From a virus, in the IMG/VR virus record IMGVR_UViG_3300037458_001730, positions 1 to 64,000 of that record: a DNA stretch of 64,000 nucleotides; one strand, written 5' to 3'. The translations under genes and the position numbers were made by a program. Under the pieces are notes generated by a model. It was not told where the DNA came from, did no database searches, and was given only the letters and a program-made list of their open reading frames with translations. The first letter of the stretch is position 1, and each line of letters starts with the position of its first letter. Shown piece after piece: positions 58,808 to 64,000 of the stretch.

Positions 58808-59014
58808 TTAAAAATTTTCGTTTAACATTTCTCTTCCGTCGTTTGTTAAAAGTTTTTGATCCTCTTTTTGCATAATGTCGTTTTTTGGTTTTTTCATAGA
58901 CGCAGCTTTTCTTTGAGCTTCCATATAAGCTTCTTGAGGATTTAAAAGTTCATTTACAAACTTTTTACTTTTTGGATTTTTGGGGTCCAATTCTGGGTAA
59001 AAATATTCTATCAT
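58808..59014 (-). CDS. 68-aa protein with DQK...DGRE.L C-terminal motif
   Basis: Likely start ATG 59014 (MIEYFYP) after TATTTATA (59029-59036); ends NDIMQKEDQKLLTNDGREMLNENF. Confidence 0.7.
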   Translation of the reverse strand: MIEYFYPELDPKNPKSKKFVNELLNPQEAYMEAQRKAASMKKPKNDIMQKEDQKLLTNDGREMLNENF

Positions 59015-59048
59015 AATAAATTCTTTATTATAAATAGCCTTGTTTTTT

Positions 59049-59822
59049 CTAATTTCCCTTAATTGTGTCAGTAAACCTACCGCTTTCTTCAAATTCATCA
59101 AATCTATCAACAATATCAATCAATATTTGCTCACGGACGATATCGGATCTTTCAAATTTAAATATAGCACAACCCTTTATTGGTTCTATTATTTCGTTAA
59201 ACAGGTTTATAGCAACGAATTTTTTATTGATATCATTCTGCTTAGTGTCTCCCATAAATACTATTGTGCTGTTTCTACCTAGCCTTGTAACTATACTTTT
59301 TAAAGCTTTTATGTCAAAGTTTTGGAATTCATCTATTATAATAAAAGAATCTTTAAGTGTTCTTCCTCTTAAAAATTGGGCTGGTTTAAATTCAATAATT
59401 TTATCATCCCACAAATGTTTAAAATCTTTTCCTTCAAGCATTTCAGAAAAAGAATCAAAAAAAGACTCTGCATAAACAGACATTTTATCATCTAAAGAGC
59501 CTGGTAAAGCACCAGTATCTTTTGTTCCAGACAATATTTCAGTTGGTTTACATAAAACTATTTTTTTGCATTTTCCAGCTATGTAAGCTTGCATTGCGGC
59601 ATAACAAGAGATAAATGTTTTTGAAGTACCTGGAGGACCAGACACGGTTATAATCTTGTTGTTAGATAAAATTTTAATTAATTCTTTTTGTTTTTTTGTT
59701 AATTCGAAATCCAGTTTTTTAAGCTTTATAAAGTCAGATGCTTCATATTTTTTGGATTTATAATTTTCTATTTCTTCTTGAATATACTTTGGGTTTTTCT
59801 TTTCTCTAGATTTATGCCTCAT
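59049..59822 (-). CDS. phoH: PhoH-family ATPase
   Basis: GPPGTSKT, GALPG, FLRGRT, IIDEFQN, TRLG, GDTKQND, DIVR. Confidence 0.95.
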   Translation of the reverse strand: MRHKSREKKNPKYIQEEIENYKSKKYEASDFIKLKKLDFELTKKQKELIKILSNNKIITVSGPPGTSKTFISCYAAMQAYIAGKCKKIVLCKPTEILSGTKDTGALPGSLDDKMSVYAESFFDSFSEMLEGKDFKHLWDDKIIEFKPAQFLRGRTLKDSFIIIDEFQNFDIKALKSIVTRLGRNSTIVFMGDTKQNDINKKFVAINLFNEIIEPIKGCAIFKFERSDIVREQILIDIVDRFDEFEESGRFTDTIKGN

Positions 59823-59906
59823 ATAATTTTATCTTTATTAATAAATAAGCTTATTTTTTAATAATGTAAACAGGTAAACTAAAAAAATAAAAAACAACCT
59901 ATTTAT

Positions 59907-60980
59907 ATGAAAAACACACACAAAATGAACATGCAGCAACTTAAAGACATGATCCACGATCAAGTTTCACAAATGAACTTAGAAGGTGTTTTAGACGATT
60001 CAGCTATTGAGCAAATAAAACTAAAAGTGATGAGCGCATATAATCACGAGAAAGCTATAAACGAAATTCCAGAAATTATACCAGAGATGGACGAATCAAA
60101 TTCTGATGAAAACACTATGTTGGAAAATGAATTTAACGAAAACCCTGAAGTTGTTGATACAGAGGCAGACTCAGTTCAAATTAATGGACAAAAAATAGAT
60201 CAGGGAACTAGTGGAAATATACCAGCTCATACGCCAGAGTTGCCTTATTTTTTAGACAAAGTACAACCAGGAAAATTAATTATTTTTAATCAAAACGAAT
60301 TAAGTGAGGGTGGTGAAAATCTTTCAAACAAACCAATTAGAACTTTTGCTGATCCAGATGTAAAAAAATCAATGCGCGAATTGTGGCTTGAAAATGGTCA
60401 AAAAAGAGCTGAGGTATTTCTAAGTAAATTAGAAAAAATAGGAGAATTAGAATATGATGTAGCAAATGGAACAACTGTTTTTACAGAAAAAAGATTTGAA
60501 CCAGATTTTAATATTCAAAATCAATACAAAGAAAATCCTTATGTAGATAAAAATTCTATGATTTCTTCTGTTCCAAGTGTTGACGATTCTCAAATAGTAA
60601 GACAAATAGCTTCGTCTGTAGATCTGCAAAAAACTGTTGAAAATATTGTTTTAAAAATGCTTCAACAACAAGCTATACAAGCTAACCCTACCTCTAATGT
60701 GTTGCACACTGATAATAACATTGATGTTAACAAAGGTGTAAATAAAGCTTTAGAAGAAAACGCATCTACAACAGATAAAGCATTTGATTTAAAAATGAGA
60801 ACTGTTGCGGATACATTTCAAAAAGTAGATACTCCAAAACAATTAAAAGAAGCTATAGAAAAAGAAGATAAAAGTTTTCTTTTAAGAGAAAACGAAGAGG
60901 TTCAAGAGTGGGTTTTTGAAGGTGAAAAATATTATCTCCCAGTGATCAAAATATCAACAAGGAAATGTTATATTAAATAA
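59907..60980 (+). CDS. Acidic putative head-associated protein
   Basis: QQLKDMIHDQV N-terminal helix; LEE/LKE/LRE motifs; TATTTAT at 59900 suggests a start at a downstream ATG (about 59925). Confidence 0.55.
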   Translation: MKNTHKMNMQQLKDMIHDQVSQMNLEGVLDDSAIEQIKLKVMSAYNHEKAINEIPEIIPEMDESNSDENTMLENEFNENPEVVDTEADSVQINGQKIDQGTSGNIPAHTPELPYFLDKVQPGKLIIFNQNELSEGGENLSNKPIRTFADPDVKKSMRELWLENGQKRAEVFLSKLEKIGELEYDVANGTTVFTEKRFEPDFNIQNQYKENPYVDKNSMISSVPSVDDSQIVRQIASSVDLQKTVENIVLKMLQQQAIQANPTSNVLHTDNNIDVNKGVNKALEENASTTDKAFDLKMRTVADTFQKVDTPKQLKEAIEKEDKSFLLRENEEVQEWVFEGEKYYLPVIKISTRKCYIK

Positions 60981-61025
60981 GTGTTTATTTTAATTAATAA
61001 TACATTTAAATTTTAAAAAAAAAGT

Positions 61026-61298
61026 ATGTGGAAAATTAAAAACATAAGCAATAACCCCGTTAAAGTAGCGGTTGCTAAATCAAACACAACAACAATAGGT
61101 TTAATATTAAATCCAGAAGAATTTTGTGTAGCTGACTCAAGAATGACTACAACAATAGATATTCAAGAAAGAAGAAAATTGATTGAGGTAGATAGAGATT
61201 TTAAAAACGATCTAAACCTTCAATTATGTGAGCGTTATAGTGAAACAAAGTTAAAAGAAGCCAGCGAAGCTGTAAAAGATTATAAAAGCGCTGAATAA
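61026..61298 (+). CDS. Hypothetical protein
   Basis: 90-aa ORF followed by a terminator. Confidence 0.6.
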   Translation: MWKIKNISNNPVKVAVAKSNTTTIGLILNPEEFCVADSRMTTTIDIQERRKLIEVDRDFKNDLNLQLCERYSETKLKEASEAVKDYKSAE

Positions 61299-61316
61299 TC
61301 TTTCAAAAAATAAAAT

Positions 61317-61345
61317 AAAACCACCTCAAAACGAGGTGGTTTTTT
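61317..61345 (+). terminator. Intrinsic terminator
   Basis: aaaaccacctc-aaaac-gaggtggtttttt. Confidence 0.85.
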
Positions 61346-61465
61346 GTTTTATAAAACAAAACAAATAATTGAACAAAAAAGTCAGAATAAACCCTTTATT
61401 ATTTAGCAATAACGTTATATGTTTAATAAACTAAAAAGAAATTGAACATATAAAACAAAAAACAA

Positions 61466-62815
61466 ATGAGCAATAATAGAAAAATACGAGTGTTAATGGT
61501 GCCTAGTGATAGTCACGGAGTTGGACATTGGAGAAATATCTGGCCAGCGCAATCTCTTGAAAAACATTATGGTGATGAATTTGAATTAGAAATTAATATA
61601 GGTCCAAATGTTGAAAATATGGCTTATTTGAAGCAATTTGATATTATTCATTTTCATAGAAATCTTGGCCCCGCTGAAACACAGGAAAAAGTTTTCGCTG
61701 AACTTAGAGCAGCTGGTGTAACGCTTGTAATGGACATTGATGACTATTGGGCCCCATCTTCGACTCACCCACTTTATGAAGTTGTAAAAAATGAAAAACT
61801 TACAGAAAAAATATTGGGCACTTTAAAAATTGCTGATTATGTAACTTGTACAACTGATATTTTTGCTGAACACATTAAAAAGCATAACAAAAACGTTTTC
61901 GTAATACCTAATGCAATTGATTCTGAACATGCAATGTGGAAATCAGAAGTTCAACCAAACCAAACAGATAAATGCAGGATATCTTGGATAGGTGGAAGTT
62001 CTCATATGAATGATTTAAATCTTATTTCTCATTCTATGAATCTTTTGTACAACAATAAAGAACTTAAAGATAAATTTCAACTTATTATGTGTGGTTTTGA
62101 TACCAGGGGGACAATAACAGAAGTGTCTCAAGATGGATCTAGAAACACAAGAAATATATTGCCACATGAAACTATATGGTGCAAATTTGAAGAAATTTTT
62201 ACAAACAAGTATTCTTATTTAAAAACTGAAGATCCAGAATATTACAAGTGGCTTTTGAAAATAAAAAGAGAAGATTACGAAGATCAATACAAAAAAAGCT
62301 ATGTTCGCAGATGGACTTTGCCATTGACTCAATATGGTAAACATTATGATTATTGCGATGTAACATTAGCGCCAATTCAAGAAATTGATAGGGTTAAAAT
62401 TATGCAGAACGGAGAGGTGATCAACGAGAACGATCCAAGACCAGGCACTATGAGATCTATACCTAACTATTTTAACTTAGTTAAATCTGAGCTTAAAATT
62501 GTAGAGGCTGGAATGAAGAAAAAATGTATAATTGCTCAAGATTTTGGTATTTACAAAGAATTAATTAAAGATGGAGTAAACGGTATTCTTGTAAAAGATA
62601 ATAAAGATGGATGGTATAAAGCCATGAGAAAAGTTATCTTGGATAAAGACTACAGGGAAAGTCTTGCGAATAATCTTCATGAGTGGGTAAAAAACACTTA
62701 CGAAATGAAAATTGTAAGTGCGCACAGGGTTCAATTTTACAGAGATTTATATAACCTGAAAAAAGAAAAAAGAAACTCGTATATAAATTCTTTATCCACA
62801 GCTCAAATCATATAA
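61466..62815 (+). CDS. GT-B (GT4-like) glycosyltransferase
   Basis: GVGHWR, MDIDDYW, IPNAID, WIGGSSH, LAP...FN.VKSELKIVEAG, DGVNGIL. Confidence 0.85.
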   Translation: MSNNRKIRVLMVPSDSHGVGHWRNIWPAQSLEKHYGDEFELEINIGPNVENMAYLKQFDIIHFHRNLGPAETQEKVFAELRAAGVTLVMDIDDYWAPSSTHPLYEVVKNEKLTEKILGTLKIADYVTCTTDIFAEHIKKHNKNVFVIPNAIDSEHAMWKSEVQPNQTDKCRISWIGGSSHMNDLNLISHSMNLLYNNKELKDKFQLIMCGFDTRGTITEVSQDGSRNTRNILPHETIWCKFEEIFTNKYSYLKTEDPEYYKWLLKIKREDYEDQYKKSYVRRWTLPLTQYGKHYDYCDVTLAPIQEIDRVKIMQNGEVINENDPRPGTMRSIPNYFNLVKSELKIVEAGMKKKCIIAQDFGIYKELIKDGVNGILVKDNKDGWYKAMRKVILDKDYRESLANNLHEWVKNTYEMKIVSAHRVQFYRDLYNLKKEKRNSYINSLSTAQII

Positions 62816-62818
62816 AAA

Positions 62819-63131
62819 ATGAAAAAAAATATTAAGTGTCTTAGCGTTATTTTTTATTTTAAATTTTAACGCACAATCTGGTTGGTCAGCTGGAAATTAT
62901 TACGCCCACAAAGGCCAGGAATCAATTTCTTGCGGAAATCCATTTCCAGTGTACAACAACTATGGTAACTATGTTGGAACATATCAGTGGTGTAGAAAAT
63001 TAGTTTGGACACAAAGACAATACTCAGGATATGTATATTTTTGGGGACCACAAGGGTGGTATACGCAATGGTATAGCGGATATTCTTGGTATTGTTATTG
63101 GAATGACTTTCAATCCTGGTGTGGATATTAA
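62819..63131 (+). pseudogene. Secreted Trp/Tyr/Gly/Cys-rich small protein, frameshifted in an A8 tract
   Basis: Removing one A from 62822-62829 joins ATG 62819 to the 62949-63131 frame, giving MKKILSVLALFFILNFNA-QSGWSAGNYY...WCGY. Confidence 0.7.
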
Positions 63132-63161
63132 AAAAGGCCTCAATTTTTTGAGGCCTTTTTT
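63130..63161. terminator. Bidirectional intrinsic terminator
   Basis: aaaaaaggcctcaa-tttt-ttgaggcctttttt between convergent genes. Confidence 0.85.
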
Positions 63162-63171
63162 GTGGTGTGTT

Positions 63172-63999
63172 TTAAAGTTTTACTGTTGTTAACTTGTCTT
63201 CTACAATAAATTTTATATCCTTTGAATCTAAGTTTAAAACCATTTCTTTTTGACTTCTATCTGAAAATTCTTTAAACCATGATTTTCCAACGATTGTTAA
63301 GAATTTAGATTTTGATATTTCTGTCATTAACCTTGTTTTTTGAGTTCTAAAAGTTTTGGATTTTTCATACAACCAATCCTGTATAGCTTGATTGTCGTTT
63401 GGATCTTTTAGATTTTTGACGAATTGCCTAAACTCTTTAATTGCTGGAACTAATAACTCTTGACGGCCCGTTACTGAACCATTGGCATCTAAAGTTCTTT
63501 CTGCAGTCTCCACATCTTTTGCGCTCATGCTAGTAGATAGTTTATCTATCTTTATTTCAAGCGTGTTAACAACAATTTCTTCTCCAGATTTTTCAACAAC
63601 TTTTGCTGGAGCAAATCCGTTATCTTTTAAACCAAGTGATGCTAACCACAAAGCAGCTTCGGAGCCATATTGTTCCTCAAAGTTTTTATCAACACCTTTA
63701 AACAACCTCTTTTTAAGAGCTGTAAATACTGTGTTTGCAGCTTGTAGTTTTAACAATTCCCAAGAATTAATAAAAACGTCTTTAGCAGAAAGAGAACTTA
63801 CCATTTTTCTGTTTATCACTGGTATATTCTCGAAATTTAAAACATAGATTTTTCCACTTTGATATTGTTCGCCATGCAATAAACCATTTAATTGTAATTT
63901 GTTGAATGTTTCTTCTGATAAAGACACTGGTAAATTATAAGAGTGTATAATTCCATCCTTTACAATTGTGTAATTTCTGAAAATTTTTGTTGGAAATTT
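63172..63999 (-). CDS. C-terminal part of a large phage protein (partial; possibly a vWA-domain family member)
   Basis: The frame stays open beyond the track start to the window edge (KFPTKIFRNYTIVKDGII...). Family assignment is from recall only. Confidence 0.6.
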   Translation of the reverse strand, partial: KFPTKIFRNYTIVKDGIIHSYNLPVSLSEETFNKLQLNGLLHGEQYQSGKIYVLNFENIPVINRKMVSSLSAKDVFINSWELLKLQAANTVFTALKKRLFKGVDKNFEEQYGSEAALWLASLGLKDNGFAPAKVVEKSGEEIVVNTLEIKIDKLSTSMSAKDVETAERTLDANGSVTGRQELLVPAIKEFRQFVKNLKDPNDNQAIQDWLYEKSKTFRTQKTRLMTEISKSKFLTIVGKSWFKEFSDRSQKEMVLNLDSKDIKFIVEDKLTTVKL

Positions 64000-64000
64000 T

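Overview
A very AT-rich, densely coded segment of a large tailed-phage (jumbo/huge myovirus-like, distantly T4-related) genome in the standard genetic code. The host is probably Bacteroidota: leaders are A-rich without Shine-Dalgarno sites, there is one TTG-N20-TAnnTTTG promoter match, and one signal peptide is followed by Gln. Layout: (1) 0.2-10.8 kb, recombination/replication genes: PD-(D/E)XK nuclease, WYL-like protein, an Mre11-Rad50 (SbcDC) gene broken in two by an endonuclease cassette, primase, RuvC and two GIY-YIG homing endonucleases. (2) 10.8-33.5 kb, baseplate/tail module (gp6-, gp25-, gp5-like and many Ser/Thr-rich virion proteins). (3) 33.9-40.6 kb, gp55-like late sigma factor, glycosyltransferases, vWA, HAD-like and T5 A1-like proteins. 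(4) 40.6-56.6 kb, a 16-kb co-directional glycan island: Gmd, ColD-type enzyme, two Fcl-like reductases, GT11/GT10/GT2/GT9-like transferases and a carbamoyltransferase. (5) 56.7-64 kb, acidic head-associated proteins, PhoH, a glycosyltransferase and a frameshifted secreted Trp/Tyr-rich protein. The most notable observations are the split Mre11/Rad50 gene, the putative colitose/fucose glycosylation pathway, a recurring TATTTAT(A) late-promoter motif, and shared short peptide motifs that look like a capsid-targeting code. All calls come from motif recognition by eye; no searches were run. No tRNA, rRNA or CRISPR array was seen.
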